This document shows positions 17,758-28,379 of a stretch of 38,601 nucleotides of DNA, one piece after another. A program made the position numbers and the translations under genes. Under the pieces are notes generated by a model, which made no database searches, was not told the DNA's origin, and was given only the letters and a program-made list of their open reading frames with translations. Numbering within the stretch: the stretch's first letter is position 1; each line of letters opens with the position of its first letter. Source of the stretch: Thermodesulfobacteriota bacterium (GTDB lineage Bacteria; Desulfobacterota; Desulfobulbia; Desulfobulbales; SURF-16). The DNA lies in NCBI GenBank assembly GCA_040755455.1, contig JBFMAY010000039.1, positions 1 through 38,601 of the forward strand, read 5' to 3'.

Positions 17758-17947
17758 TCACCAGCAGATTTTGCGGGGCAATTGCGCAGGGTACAGGGGA
17801 ATGGGGATAAAATGGCGCCGGGCAGCTCTATTGGGCGATCAGTCCGTGCCGGTCATGATGCCGGCAAGTTGGGCTGCTGTGACAGATTAAGGAGAATTCC
17901 GCGGATACGATGCAGAGGTTTGCAACCGATGATGCTGTTTGAATGCC

Positions 17948-19156
17948 TCAGTCAGCCTGCCTCTGCAGCAGGACAACGGCGTGGGCGGCAATTCCTTCCA
18001 TTCTGCCGGTGAAGCCCATTTTTTCCGTGGTGGTGCCTTTTAAATTGATGGCGCCCTGGTCTGCGCGGCAGACGGCGGCAAGCTTTTCCCGCATGGCGGG
18101 GAAGTGCGGTGCGAGTTTCGGCGCCTGGGCAACCACGGTGATGTCGGCATTGCCCAGGATGTAGCCCTGCTGGTCTGCCGTTTCGATAACCTGGGCCAGA
18201 AGTTTCAGGCTGGAAATGTTTTTGTATGACGGGTCAGTGTCGGGGAAATGCTTGCCGATGTCCCCGGCGCCAAGGGCACCGAGGATCGCGTCGCACAGGG
18301 CATGGGTGAGCACATCCGCATCGGAGTGACCGAGAAGGCCTGTGGAGTGGGGGATCTCAATGCCACCGAGAATAAGTGGCCGGTCGGCAACCAGGCGATG
18401 GGCATCATAGCCATGACCGATGCGGAACGATTGTGCCGGCAATGGTTTGCTGCGTTGTTCTTTTTTCATGAGAATGGCCTCGGCAATGAGCAGATCATCC
18501 GGCCGGGTGATCTTGATGTTCTGTTCCGATCCTTCCACCACGGACATCGGCACGTTGATGAGCTCCAGAAAAGATGCCTCATCCGTGCCGATGAACATTC
18601 GTTCGGCCGCTACGGCAAATGCCTTTTGCAGAGTAGCGGTGCGCACCACCTGCGGGGTCTGGGCCTGCCAGAGGGATGTTCTGTCAATGGTCCGCACGAC
18701 GGTTTGCCCGGCAGTCACTTCCTTGATGGTGTCTTTTACCGGAATGGCCGCCATGGCTGCCCCGGTCTTTTGCGCGGCTTTGAGGCAGGCGCGGATCAGC
18801 GCCGGAGAGATGAGGGGCCGTGCCCCGTCATGCACCGCCACAAAACTGCATTCCGGCGGCACATGGGCAAGACCGGCTTTGACCGAGTCCTGGCGCAGTT
18901 CCCCGCCGGCAACAACTTTGACCTTGCGCAGGCCGTATTGGGCAACAAGCTGTCTGGTCTGTTGCAGATAATCCGCCGGGGCGGCAACGATGATTGCCGT
19001 GACAGCGGCAACCTGCTCAAAGGCAAGCAGGGTATGGACCAGCAGGGGAATGCCGGCCAGACAGGCGAACTGCTTGGGGGTTCCCAGGCCCATTCGTTTG
19101 CCGAAACCGCCGGCCGGTATGATGGCAGCTGCTTTGCGAGCGTTCAAGGTTGGCAT
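17948..19156 (-). CDS. ispDF: Bifunctional IspD/IspF (MEP pathway)
   Basis: [69 protein letters not shown]. Confidence 0.95.
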   Translation of the reverse strand: MPTLNARKAAAIIPAGGFGKRMGLGTPKQFACLAGIPLLVHTLLAFEQVAAVTAIIVAAPADYLQQTRQLVAQYGLRKVKVVAGGELRQDSVKAGLAHVPPECSFVAVHDGARPLISPALIRACLKAAQKTGAAMAAIPVKDTIKEVTAGQTVVRTIDRTSLWQAQTPQVVRTATLQKAFAVAAERMFIGTDEASFLELINVPMSVVEGSEQNIKITRPDDLLIAEAILMKKEQRSKPLPAQSFRIGHGYDAHRLVADRPLILGGIEIPHSTGLLGHSDADVLTHALCDAILGALGAGDIGKHFPDTDPSYKNISSLKLLAQVIETADQQGYILGNADITVVAQAPKLAPHFPAMREKLAAVCRADQGAINLKGTTTEKMGFTGRMEGIAAHAVVLLQRQAD

Positions 19157-19497
19157 CTGTCTTAACCGGTTTAAATTGCCATGCAGCGGATTTTCAGAAT
19201 TTTGTGAGCGAATTCGAGAAAGAAGTCCCAGGATTTCATCAAATTCTTAAGATGTTACCATGAATGTTTTCCTGCAGCAATTTCATCTTGTTCTTTGGTC
19301 TGGCTTTTTTTCATTGACACGAGAAGGTGGAACAGATATCTACTTACCACGATAAGAGGTGAGGATACCGTTTTTTTTAGTGCCATTTTCTATTATTCGC
19401 AAATTTCTCAGTACTCCCACCAGCATGCCCCAGAGGTTGTTGTATCGTTCACCAATTACCTTGACAGTTACCGTCTAGCTGACCAAGTTCCGGCATT

Positions 19498-20055
19498 ATG
19501 ATGATTGTTGAAACAAAGATACCAGGACTCATCATCATTGAACCGAAGGTTTTCGGGGACAACAGGGGTTTTTTCCTGGAAACATGGAATAAGGAGCGCT
19601 ACCGAACCGCCGGCATATCGGAAGATTTTGTGCAGGATAATGTATCATTGTCCCGCCGGGGAGTGCTGCGCGGGTTACATTTCCAAAATCCCCATAGCCA
19701 GGGGAAACTGGTTTATGTGCTGCAGGGGGATGTTTTTGACGTTGCAGTCGATATCCGTCTTGGCTCTCCTACCTTCGGCCAGTGGGTCGGCATTGCGCTT
19801 TCCGCGGAAAACAAACGCCAGCTCTACATACCACGCGGCTTTGCCCACGGTTTCTGCGTGACCAGCGAGACTGCTCTTTTCGTCTATAAATGCACCGATT
19901 TCTATAACCAGGGCGCTGAGGGCTGTATTCTCTGGAATGATCCCGCCCTTGGCATTGACTGGCCTGTTTTGGCGCCGGAGCTGTCAGCCAAAGACAGGGA
20001 GGGTATTCCTCTGGCTGATTTTCCCCGCGAGCGGCTACCGGCTTACCTTGGGTAA
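19498..20055 (+). CDS. rfbC: dTDP-4-dehydrorhamnose 3,5-epimerase
   Basis: FGDNRGFF, FVQDNVS, VLRGLHFQ, GFAHGF. Confidence 0.97.
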   Translation: MMIVETKIPGLIIIEPKVFGDNRGFFLETWNKERYRTAGISEDFVQDNVSLSRRGVLRGLHFQNPHSQGKLVYVLQGDVFDVAVDIRLGSPTFGQWVGIALSAENKRQLYIPRGFAHGFCVTSETALFVYKCTDFYNQGAEGCILWNDPALGIDWPVLAPELSAKDREGIPLADFPRERLPAYLG

Positions 20056-20062
20056 TATCCCC

Positions 20063-20986
20063 ATGTTTTTGTCCCATATCCCCCGCATTCTCATTATCGG
20101 TGATCAAGGCCAGCTCGCCTGGGAATTACAGCGCACGCTGGCACCCCTTGGAGCAATCATTGCGGCAGGCAGAAGCTCCAGCCCCGTGTGCATTGATCTC
20201 ACCCGCCCTGTGCAGCTGCAGGAGCAGGTGGAGAAAATCCGTCCGGACTGGATCATCAATGCCGCTGGGTATACGGCGGTTGACCGGGCGGAACAGGAAG
20301 CTGATCTTGCCATGGCGGTAAACGGCACAGCTCCGGGACTGTTGGCCCAGACGGCGAAACGGCTGGGGGCCTTTCTGGTGCATTATTCCACGGATTATGT
20401 GTTTGACGGGACAGCGTCCTCACCTTATACAGAGGAGGCGTCGCCCAATCCGCAAAGCGCGTATGGCAAAACGAAACTGGCCGGAGAGAGGGCAATTCAA
20501 GGCGAGGGTGGCGAATATCTCATTCTGCGCACCAGCTGGGTATATGCCTCCCGTGGACAAAATTTTCTGCGCACCATTCGTCGTCTTGCCCGTGAGCGGG
20601 AAGAATTGCGCATCGTGGCGGACCAGCAGGGTGCTCCCACCTGGGCCCGGCATATCGCCGAGGCTACGGCGCATATCGTTGCCCGGGCCACGGTCAATGA
20701 GGAGTTGCGGCGGAGCTGCCCGGGCATCTATCATATGACCTCCGGGGGGTGTTGCTCATGGTATGATTTCGCCTGTCGCATTATTGATTTTCAGCGCCGG
20801 CATGAGGCTGTTGTGACGAAAACGATAGCCCCGATTACCACCAAGGATTATCCCCTGCCGGCACCCCGACCACCTTACTCCGTACTGGATAACACCAAGC
20901 TGCGGCACACATTCGGCCTGGCGCTTCCCAATTGGGATATGGCGCTGCGGCAGGTTCACGAAGAATTGTCACTGGCAAGGATATAG
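20063..20986 (+). CDS. rfbD: dTDP-4-dehydrorhamnose reductase
   Basis: GDQGQLA, NAAGYTAVDRAE, HYSTDYVFDG, YGKTKLAGE, LRTSWVY. Confidence 0.96.
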   Translation: MFLSHIPRILIIGDQGQLAWELQRTLAPLGAIIAAGRSSSPVCIDLTRPVQLQEQVEKIRPDWIINAAGYTAVDRAEQEADLAMAVNGTAPGLLAQTAKRLGAFLVHYSTDYVFDGTASSPYTEEASPNPQSAYGKTKLAGERAIQGEGGEYLILRTSWVYASRGQNFLRTIRRLAREREELRIVADQQGAPTWARHIAEATAHIVARATVNEELRRSCPGIYHMTSGGCCSWYDFACRIIDFQRRHEAVVTKTIAPITTKDYPLPAPRPPYSVLDNTKLRHTFGLALPNWDMALRQVHEELSLARI

Positions 20987-20998
20987 AACATTAACAAT

Positions 20999-22084
20999 AT
21001 GATGAGCAACAACATTATCATTACTGGCGGCGCAGGCTTTATCGGGTCTGCCGTAATCCGTTATCTGCTTGATTCCAGTGAGTATTCCCTGGTAAACGTG
21101 GATTGTCTCACCTATGCCGGCAATCTGGACTCGGTGGCGCAGGCAGCAGCGGACCCCCGCTACCATTTCGAACAGGTGGATATCCGCAATGCCTCGGAAA
21201 TAAATCGCATATTCAGCCGGTATCGGCCCGCAGGCATCATGCATCTGGCCGCGGAAAGCCACGTGGACCGCTCCATCGACGGCCCTGCCGAGTTCATGCA
21301 GACCAATATTCTCGGGACTTACACCTTGCTGGAGGCGGCCCGCCGCTACTGGAGCGGGCTTGATGGCGAGCAGCAGGCCGCCTTCCGCTTTCACCACATC
21401 TCCACCGACGAGGTTTACGGCAGTCTGGGGGAAAACGGTCTGTTCACCGAGGCCACCCCTTACCGGCCCAACTCTCCTTATTCGGCAAGCAAGGCCTCTT
21501 CCGACCATCTGGTAAGGGCCTGGCATCATACCTACGGTCTGCCCGTTGTGATTACCAATTGTTCGAATAACTACGGCCCCTATCAGTTTCCGGAAAAGCT
21601 GATTCCGCTCATGATCCTGAATGCCTTGGCGGGTAAACCGCTGCCGGTTTATGGCAATGGCCGGCAGATTCGCGACTGGTTATACGTGGATGACCATGCC
21701 CGGGCGCTTGCCCTTGTCTTGGCAAAGGGCAGGGTTGGGGAAACCTACAACATCGGCGGGCACAACGAACGTCGCAATCTGGAGGTGGTGGAAACCGTCT
21801 GTGAGCTGATGGAAGAGCTGCATCCTGCCAAACCCCGCGGGGTTGCTCATTACCGCGATCTCATCACCTTTGTGCAGGACCGGCCGGGGCATGATCAACG
21901 CTACGCCATCGACGCCGGCAAGATCAAGGACGAGCTTGGCTGGATGCCTGCTGAAACTTTCGCCACCGGCCTGCGCAAGACAGTACAGTGGTACCTGGAA
22001 AACGAAACATGGTGGAGACGGGTGCATGACGGCAGTTACCGGGGAGAGCGTCTGGGGCTTGGCGCGACAGGGGAGGTGAATTGA
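20999..22084 (+). CDS. rfbB: dTDP-glucose 4,6-dehydratase
   Basis: [49 protein letters not shown]. Confidence 0.98.
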   Translation: MMSNNIIITGGAGFIGSAVIRYLLDSSEYSLVNVDCLTYAGNLDSVAQAAADPRYHFEQVDIRNASEINRIFSRYRPAGIMHLAAESHVDRSIDGPAEFMQTNILGTYTLLEAARRYWSGLDGEQQAAFRFHHISTDEVYGSLGENGLFTEATPYRPNSPYSASKASSDHLVRAWHHTYGLPVVITNCSNNYGPYQFPEKLIPLMILNALAGKPLPVYGNGRQIRDWLYVDDHARALALVLAKGRVGETYNIGGHNERRNLEVVETVCELMEELHPAKPRGVAHYRDLITFVQDRPGHDQRYAIDAGKIKDELGWMPAETFATGLRKTVQWYLENETWWRRVHDGSYRGERLGLGATGEVN

Positions 22085-22953
22085 TGAAGGGAATTATTCT
22101 GGCCGGAGGTTCGGGTACGCGTCTGTATCCGGTAACCCAGGTCGTCTCCAAGCAGTTGCTGCCTGTTTACGACAAGCCGATGATCTATTACCCGCTCAGC
22201 ACGCTGATGCTGGCCGGCATTCGCGATATTCTCGTTATCTCAACCCCCCAGGACACGCCGCGCTTTGCGCAGCTGCTGGGGGACGGCAGTGGTTGGGGGC
22301 TGAACCTGCAATACGCGGTGCAGCCCAGTCCGGACGGCCTTGCCCAGGCCTTTATCATCGGCAGAAATTTTATCGGCCAGGACTCTTCCACCCTGGTGCT
22401 TGGCGATAACATCTTTTACGGCCACAATCTGCACAGGCATCTTGAGAATGCGATGCACAGTGACGCGGGGGCAACAATTTTCGCCTACCGGGTCCAGGAC
22501 CCGCAGCGCTATGGCGTGGTGGCTTTTGATGCCCATGGCCGGGCCTTATCAATTGAGGAAAAACCGCTCAAGCCAAAATCCCATTACGCCGTTACCGGGC
22601 TCTATTTTTATGATAACCAGGTAATTGATATCGCCGCAAGCCTCAAGCCCTCGGCGCGGGGCGAACTGGAGATTACCGACGTCAACCGCATCTACATGGA
22701 ACGCAACCAGCTCTCGGTGGAAATTCTGGGCCGCGGCTATGCCTGGCTCGATACCGGTACCCACGAATCATTGCTCGATGCCGGCCGTTTCATTGAAACC
22801 ATCGAACAGCGACAGGGCTTGAAGGTGGCCTGCCCGGAGGAAATAGCCTTCCGCAAAGGGTTCATTGATGCGGCGCAACTGGAAAGGCTGGCAGCACCCC
22901 TGGCCAAGAATGGTTATGGCCAATACCTGTACCGGCTTCTTTTGGAGATGTGA
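22084..22953 (+). CDS. rfbA: Glucose-1-phosphate thymidylyltransferase
   Basis: [40 protein letters not shown]. Confidence 0.98.
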   Translation: MKGIILAGGSGTRLYPVTQVVSKQLLPVYDKPMIYYPLSTLMLAGIRDILVISTPQDTPRFAQLLGDGSGWGLNLQYAVQPSPDGLAQAFIIGRNFIGQDSSTLVLGDNIFYGHNLHRHLENAMHSDAGATIFAYRVQDPQRYGVVAFDAHGRALSIEEKPLKPKSHYAVTGLYFYDNQVIDIAASLKPSARGELEITDVNRIYMERNQLSVEILGRGYAWLDTGTHESLLDAGRFIETIEQRQGLKVACPEEIAFRKGFIDAAQLERLAAPLAKNGYGQYLYRLLLEM

Positions 22954-23141
22954 TACAGCGCAGCATTCCCAGCGGATCGGGTGCCGGTGAATGTGATCAT
23001 GCCGGCAAAATGACGGCCTGCCTGGATATCGCCAAAGGCTTGGCCAGGCAGGCGCGGCCGCCCTGTGACGGGCCGGAATGACGGTTATGGTCCGTAAGAG
23101 TTGTTGCCTTATGGTGCTACCCTTGGGCCGATGTAAAAAAA

Positions 23142-23493
23142 GGAGTGGGCTATAAGCCGAATTCTGTACCCCTGACGGGGCCATGATCATTTATCTGGGA
23201 TGCCGGTCACCCGGCACCTCTTGCAACCTACCCGAAAGCTTCGGACGGGCAGCCCTCGGACGCTTTCCTATTTGGTCTTACTCCGGATGGGGTTTGCCGT
23301 GCCTTTCATGTCGCCATGAAAGCGGTGAGCTCTTACCTCGCCATTTCACCCTTACCCCGGTTAACCGGGGCGGTTTGTTTTCTGTGGCACTTTCCCGGGG
23401 TCGCCCCCGGTTCGCGTTACGAACCATCCTGCCCTGCGGAGTTCGGACTTTCCTCACCGGCGGCCTGCGCCGGTGCGATCATGCGCCCACTCC
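23142..23493 (-). ncRNA. rnpB: RNase P RNA (type A)
   Basis: Minus strand GAGGAAAGTCCG, AGTGCCACAGAAA, GGTGAAA, GGCAAACCCC, ACAGAATTCGGCTTAT; P1 GGAGTGGGC / GCCCACTCC. Confidence 0.97.
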
Positions 23494-24099
23494 CAAACGG
23501 TCATCTATCCCCTGATTGGCCAGCTGGTCGGCCCGTTTATTTTCTTCCCGGGGGATATGTTTTATTTCATAATTATCAAAGGTTGCCAGCAGCTCCTTTG
23601 CCCGGGCGAACAGAGGCTGGAGGTCGGTGCTTTTCACCTTGTACAGGCCTTGAATCTGCCGGACAATGAGCTGGGAGTCAAGGAAAATCTCGATGCGGTC
23701 GCCGCCCAGCTGAGCTGCCTGCAGAAGTCCCATGATCAGCGCCTTGTATTCCGCCACATTATTGGTGCAGGTGCCGAGATATCGGCCCTGGGCGATAATT
23801 TCCCCGCCCTGCCGGTCAAGAATCACGATCCCTGCCCCTGCCTCGCCTGGATTGCCCCGGGAAGCTCCGTCGGTATAGAGATGGAGGCTCCTTTTATGCG
23901 GCAATGCGTGCTGGCCGGTAAAAAGCGGGGCGGATGCGGCCGCCCGCGCAGGCTTCGGCAGGATCCGCAGGACGGAAGCCAGTGCCTCCCTGACGCGTTC
24001 CGCGGGAAAGGCGGGGAGATATTTCCGTAAAACATCATCCGGCAGCTTAGCGAGGGCCTGTAAAATTTCCGCCGCCTCTTCCTTGCTGGCTGTTTTCAT
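23479..24099 (-). CDS. rnhA: Ribonuclease HI family protein with N-terminal extension
   Basis: YTDGASRGNPG, TNNVAEY, DSQLIVRQ, HIPREENKRADQLAN. Confidence 0.9.
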   Translation of the reverse strand: MKTASKEEAAEILQALAKLPDDVLRKYLPAFPAERVREALASVLRILPKPARAAASAPLFTGQHALPHKRSLHLYTDGASRGNPGEAGAGIVILDRQGGEIIAQGRYLGTCTNNVAEYKALIMGLLQAAQLGGDRIEIFLDSQLIVRQIQGLYKVKSTDLQPLFARAKELLATFDNYEIKHIPREENKRADQLANQGIDDRLGVGA

Positions 24100-24818
24100 C
24101 AATCCTCTTTTGCCAGGGGCTGATGGAACATCATGCGCTGGCAGGTCGGACAGGAAAGAAGCTGTTCACCTTTGAGGACCTCATTGAACTGCTGGGCCGG
24201 AATGTTCATAAAGCAACCCTGGCAGACGCCATTGGTAACACCGGTGATCGCCAGCCCGTTGCGCTTGGCGAGGAGTTGATCGTAGCGGCGGCGCAGATTG
24301 TCCGGGATCTTTTTGACCTGCTGTTCGCGGGTTTTTTCAAGTTTACCCTTTTTCTCCTGGGTTTCCTGGGTCAACAGGACTGTTTTTTCCTCAGCCTCAG
24401 CGAGAAGCTGCTCCTCGCTTTTACAGACGTTGCCCTGTTCCGCCACCTTTTTCTGCAGGGATTCAACCTGTTCCATCAGCAGGACGATCTCTTCCTCGCG
24501 CCGCTTGTTGTTCTTTTTGCTTTCCTCGATTTCCTTGAGCAGGGACTGGTATTCCCGGTTGGTCTGGACATTCATCAGTTTGGATTGCCGGTCTTTGATG
24601 TGGGCCACTTCGCCTTCAATTTCAACTTCAAGCTCCTTGCGGCGTTTTTCAGCGTTTTCCATGGTTGCTGTGTGTTTGACAATCTTTTCTTTTTTTTCGG
24701 TAATGGAGGCCTGACGTTTAAGAATTTCAGCATGGCCGGTTGCCAGTTCGTCATCCAGTCTTTTGATCTGGAGGTCGATTTCCTGCAGTGCAATAAGTCG
24801 TGAGAGGTCTTCTTTCAA
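24099..24818 (-). CDS. Coiled-coil C4 zinc-ribbon protein (DUF164-like)
   Basis: LIALQEID, TNREYQSL, CQGCFM, CPTCQR; TTG start with GAGG RBS. Confidence 0.9.
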   Translation of the reverse strand: MKEDLSRLIALQEIDLQIKRLDDELATGHAEILKRQASITEKKEKIVKHTATMENAEKRRKELEVEIEGEVAHIKDRQSKLMNVQTNREYQSLLKEIEESKKNNKRREEEIVLLMEQVESLQKKVAEQGNVCKSEEQLLAEAEEKTVLLTQETQEKKGKLEKTREQQVKKIPDNLRRRYDQLLAKRNGLAITGVTNGVCQGCFMNIPAQQFNEVLKGEQLLSCPTCQRMMFHQPLAKED

Positions 24819-24835
24819 TGTTCGTTCCTCATGAG

Positions 24836-25672
24836 TTAGATGTTGGTGGACATAGTGTCGAAAATATGGAAACGCAGCGGGCTGTTCTGCCTCTGTGAGG
24901 CAAAAACAGGTGCCGGGTTGTTGTTCTGGGCAAAAAAGGCGGTCAGGCGCGCAAGCAGCGAGGGAATGATAACGTTTTCCGTGGCAAAATGGCCGGCGTC
25001 GATAACGCACAGACCGTTATCTTCGGCCCAGCGGGCCATGGAGTGTTTGAGTTCTGCCGTGATGTAAATGTCCGCCCCCGCCTGCGCCGCCGCTTCGGCA
25101 AGCTCAGAGCCGCTGCCGCCGCAAACGGCGACCGTGGACACGGTTTGCGGCTGCGGGCCGGCGATCATCATGCCAGCCAGCTTCAGCCGCTGGGCGACGA
25201 AATGGATAAAGGACTCGGCCGGCATGGGGGTCGGCAGGATGCCAACCTTGCCGAAACCCTGGTCCGCCTGCTGGCCGGTAAGCTGCAGTGGTCTGGTATT
25301 ACGTAAATAGAGGGCCCGGGCCAGGGCATCGCTTACGCCGTCACTGATAATATCGAGATTGGTATGGCAGCTGACCACGGCAATATCATGGCCAAGGGCT
25401 TTTTTCAGGAACTGGCCTAAGGGAGTCGCGGTGTTGATTGATTTAAGCGGGTGGAAGATGAGGGGATGGTGGGTGAGGATGATGTTTGCTTTTTTCAGGA
25501 TCGCTTCTTCGATGACCGGCAGGGTGGGGTCAAGGGCTATAAGCACTCCTGTTGCTTCCTGGTCGGGGTTGCCGACCATGAGCCCCGCATTGTCCCATGG
25601 TTCGGCCAGTTCCCAGGGTGCAAACTGTCCCACATAGGCGAGTATGTCTTTAAGCTTTATTGGTGATACCAT
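24836..25672 (-). CDS. Nif3/YbgI (DUF34) dinuclear metal-centre protein
   Basis: WDNAGL, THHPLIF, HTNLD, CGGSG, DAGHFATE. Confidence 0.95.
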   Translation of the reverse strand: MVSPIKLKDILAYVGQFAPWELAEPWDNAGLMVGNPDQEATGVLIALDPTLPVIEEAILKKANIILTHHPLIFHPLKSINTATPLGQFLKKALGHDIAVVSCHTNLDIISDGVSDALARALYLRNTRPLQLTGQQADQGFGKVGILPTPMPAESFIHFVAQRLKLAGMMIAGPQPQTVSTVAVCGGSGSELAEAAAQAGADIYITAELKHSMARWAEDNGLCVIDAGHFATENVIIPSLLARLTAFFAQNNNPAPVFASQRQNSPLRFHIFDTMSTNI

Positions 25673-25720
25673 TTATTAAAGATTGTTCAGGTTGCCTTGT
25701 CGCAGCGACCAGTCCCTCAT

Positions 25721-25754
25721 GAAAAAAGGTGCAACCCGTGTGAGGTTGCACCTT
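25721..25754 (-). terminator. Intrinsic terminator-like hairpin between the tRNA and nif3
   Basis: 11-bp stem AAGGTGCAACC / GGTTGCACCTT, with a T tract on the minus strand. Confidence 0.7.
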
Positions 25755-25868
25755 CTCGCAAATCCGGCAGGGCATTGACTTGCCGGAGAAATTTTTTCGT
25801 AAATAACAGTGTAAGACAACAGCGCAGCGAAACAATGTGCCTTGCTTTTCCTTTCTATCGAGTAAAGA

Positions 25869-25945
25869 TGGTGGGCCTACCTGGACTCGAACCAGGGACC
25901 GACCGGTTATGAGCCGGTGGCTCTAACCAACTGAGCTATAGGCCC
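25869..25945 (-). tRNA. tRNA with CAT anticodon, most likely tRNA-Ile2 (lysidine)
   Basis: GGGCCTATAGCTCAGTTGGTTAGAGC..CTCATAA..GGTTCGAGTCC..GGCCCACCA; 77 nt; paired G1-C72 (so not initiator); acceptor stem typical of Ile2. Confidence 0.93.
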
Positions 25946-25970
25946 TGAAGTTGATCAGAAAAATCCAGAT

Positions 25971-25998
25971 ATAATAACAGCTCCCACCTGCTTGTCAA
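25971..25998 (-). promoter_or_regulatory. Sigma70 promoter for the tRNA
   Basis: TTGACA-N16-TATTAT with an extended -10 TG. Confidence 0.7.
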
Positions 25999-26144
25999 GA
26001 GCTGTTTGTCGGGCAAAGGGCCTTTTGCCGGCCGGCTGTGTCAGGTGAAAAGAAATAATGAGTTTAAAATCAATATGATGACCTCGCAAAAAAAATATCT
26101 CCAGCCATGATGAAGAGAGCTTCGCCGGGTAAGCCGGTCAGTTG

Positions 26145-26813
26145 CTATAAAACTTTTTCTTTAAAGGCAGCAAAGCCGATGCGGTCGATGAATTTGCCAA
26201 GACGCTCGGCCTTTTTCCCTTCCTGCTCATAAATTTTGATGATGCGGTCGGTAACCTCCAGGGCCTGCTCCTCGCTCAATCCCTCAACCAGCTCCTGGGC
26301 GAGTTGCGGGCGGGAGGCGGCATTGCCGCCGACCATGACGGTCCATCCTTTCGGCTTGCCGACAAAGCCGATATCCTTTACCGGCGTTTCCGCGCAGTTG
26401 TTGATGCAGCCTGAAACGCCTATTTTGCATTTGTTCGGCAGTTGATAGCCGTGATAGCGGCTGTCGAGTTCCTTGCCCAGACTGAGGGAGTCCTGTTTGC
26501 CCAGGCGGCAGAGGGTCGTGCCGGGGCAGGCCTTGACGCTGCGGACACAGAGGCCGACCGCGTGGCCGGGATCGATGCCCAGATCCTGCCAGGCCTGATC
26601 TATGTCTTCCTTTTTGAAGCCAACCATGGCGATACGAGCCGCACTGGTTATTTTCATGGCCGCCACATTGTATTTATCCGCTACGTCGGCTATCTTTCGT
26701 AAATCGTTGGCCGTGACCAGGCCCACGCTGAAATGGGGGACAATGGCGTAAGTTTCCTTGTCCCGCTGTAGCACCGCTCCTTTTTCACCGTCTTTTAAAT
26801 GCACTTCTGACAT
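26145..26813 (-). CDS. Nitrite/sulfite-reductase-like 4Fe-4S domain protein
   Basis: KDGEKGAVLQRD, VRSVKACPGTTLC, KIGVSGCINNC, DIGFVG, ERLGKFIDRIG; GGAGG RBS. Confidence 0.9.
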   Translation of the reverse strand: MSEVHLKDGEKGAVLQRDKETYAIVPHFSVGLVTANDLRKIADVADKYNVAAMKITSAARIAMVGFKKEDIDQAWQDLGIDPGHAVGLCVRSVKACPGTTLCRLGKQDSLSLGKELDSRYHGYQLPNKCKIGVSGCINNCAETPVKDIGFVGKPKGWTVMVGGNAASRPQLAQELVEGLSEEQALEVTDRIIKIYEQEGKKAERLGKFIDRIGFAAFKEKVL

Positions 26814-26996
26814 TGCTTCCTCCTGAAACTGTGTATATTGAAAATAAATGGATTGAAAATCGAGTGGTAATGCAAATGGTAATATCTTAAAATAACAACT
26901 GCCTTTCCACAACTTGCATAATGCTCACTAATTTAGTAATAATTATTAAAAAATCAAGAACTAATTGTTATCGATAGTGTAATTTAATTGAACCCT

Positions 26997-28379
26997 ATGA
27001 ATTTTTCCTTTGCTCAGGTCATTTTTATTCTGGCGGCCTTGGGCTTCGCCCTTGCCGGGGCGGTGACGGTGTTGCTGCTGGCCCGCCGGGCTTTGCGGCG
27101 ACTGGCCGGGGAGAAGCAGGGGCTGCTTACCGAGCAGGCGGTGCTGCAGGAGCGGCTGGCGGCCCGGCAGGAAAAGGTGGTGGAGTTGGAAAAGCAGCTG
27201 CGGCAGGCGACGGAAGCAAGCAGCCGTCTGCTTGCCGAAAAGAGCGAACTGCTCGCGGCCAATAGTAATCTTGATGGCCAGCTTGCCCTCCTGAAAGAGG
27301 CCAGGGAGGAGCTTTCGGCCTCTTTCAAGGCCCTTTCCGCCGATATCTACCGCAGCAACAGCGAGTCGTTTCTGCACATTGCCAAATCGACCTTGTCCCA
27401 TTTCCAGGAGCAGGCCCGGGATGACCTGGCCCAACGAAAAGAGGCCATCACGGATCTGGTCAAACCCCTGCAGGAGTCATTGCAGAAGGTTGATGGGCAT
27501 GTGAGGCAGCTGGAGAAAGAGCGTATCGCCGCCTATACCTCTCTTGCCGAGCAGGTGAGGTCCATGGCTGCCAGCCAGGTTCGCCTGCAGGGTGAAACGG
27601 CCAGCCTGGTGCGGGCCCTGCGGACGCCCATGGCCAGGGGCAGATGGGGTGAAATGCAGCTGCGCCGGGTGGTGGAAATGGCCGGCATGGTACAGTACTG
27701 CGATTTTGTCGAGCAGCGAACGGTGGACGGTCCGGACGGCAATCTGCGGCCGGATATGATCATCAGACTGCCGAACGGGCAGCAGATTGTGGTTGACTCC
27801 AAGGCCTCCCTGCAGGCCTATCTTGAGGCCCATGAAATGGCGGATGACGACCAGCGCCTGGAAAAACTGCAGAGCCATGCCCGGCAGATGCGCAATCATC
27901 TTGTTCAGTTGAGCGGCAAGGCATACTGGCAGCAGTTTGACCGTTCCCCGGAATTTGTGGTGATGTTTGTGCCGGGGGAAAATTTTTTCAGCGCCGCGCT
28001 GGCCCAGGACCCGGAGCTGATCGAATTCGGGGTGGCGCAGCGGGTTATTCTGGCCACCCCCACCACCCTTATCGCCCTTCTCCGGGCGGTCAGCTATGGC
28101 TGGCGGCAGGAGCAGATTGCCGAACATGCGGCAAGGATCGGGGAACTGGGCCGGACCCTGTTCAGCCGCCTGTGGGTTCTTGCCGCCCATTTCGAGGACC
28201 TGCGCAAGAATGTTGACCGGACCGTGCAGTCATACAATAAACTGGCAGGTTCTTTTGAAAACCGGGTCATGGTGAGCGCCCGCAAATTTCAGGAGATTGA
28301 CAACTCCCTTGATAAACCGTTGCCTGAACTGAAAATCATTGACAAGACCACCAGGGGGATCATGCATGAAAATCTATAA
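26997..28379 (+). CDS. rmuC: DNA recombination protein RmuC
   Basis: N-terminal TM plus coiled coil; [38 protein letters not shown]. Confidence 0.95.
   Translation: MNFSFAQVIFILAALGFALAGAVTVLLLARRALRRLAGEKQGLLTEQAVLQERLAARQEKVVELEKQLRQATEASSRLLAEKSELLAANSNLDGQLALLKEAREELSASFKALSADIYRSNSESFLHIAKSTLSHFQEQARDDLAQRKEAITDLVKPLQESLQKVDGHVRQLEKERIAAYTSLAEQVRSMAASQVRLQGETASLVRALRTPMARGRWGEMQLRRVVEMAGMVQYCDFVEQRTVDGPDGNLRPDMIIRLPNGQQIVVDSKASLQAYLEAHEMADDDQRLEKLQSHARQMRNHLVQLSGKAYWQQFDRSPEFVVMFVPGENFFSAALAQDPELIEFGVAQRVILATPTTLIALLRAVSYGWRQEQIAEHAARIGELGRTLFSRLWVLAAHFEDLRKNVDRTVQSYNKLAGSFENRVMVSARKFQEIDNSLDKPLPELKIIDKTTRGIMHENL

Noticed and set aside
23183..23515. 110-aa plus-strand ORF
   Set aside because: Antisense shadow of rnpB.
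25869..25945. Initiator tRNA-fMet
   Set aside because: Has a paired 1-72 position and lacks the three consecutive G-C pairs in the anticodon stem; Ile2 is the better fit, though elongator Met is not fully excluded.
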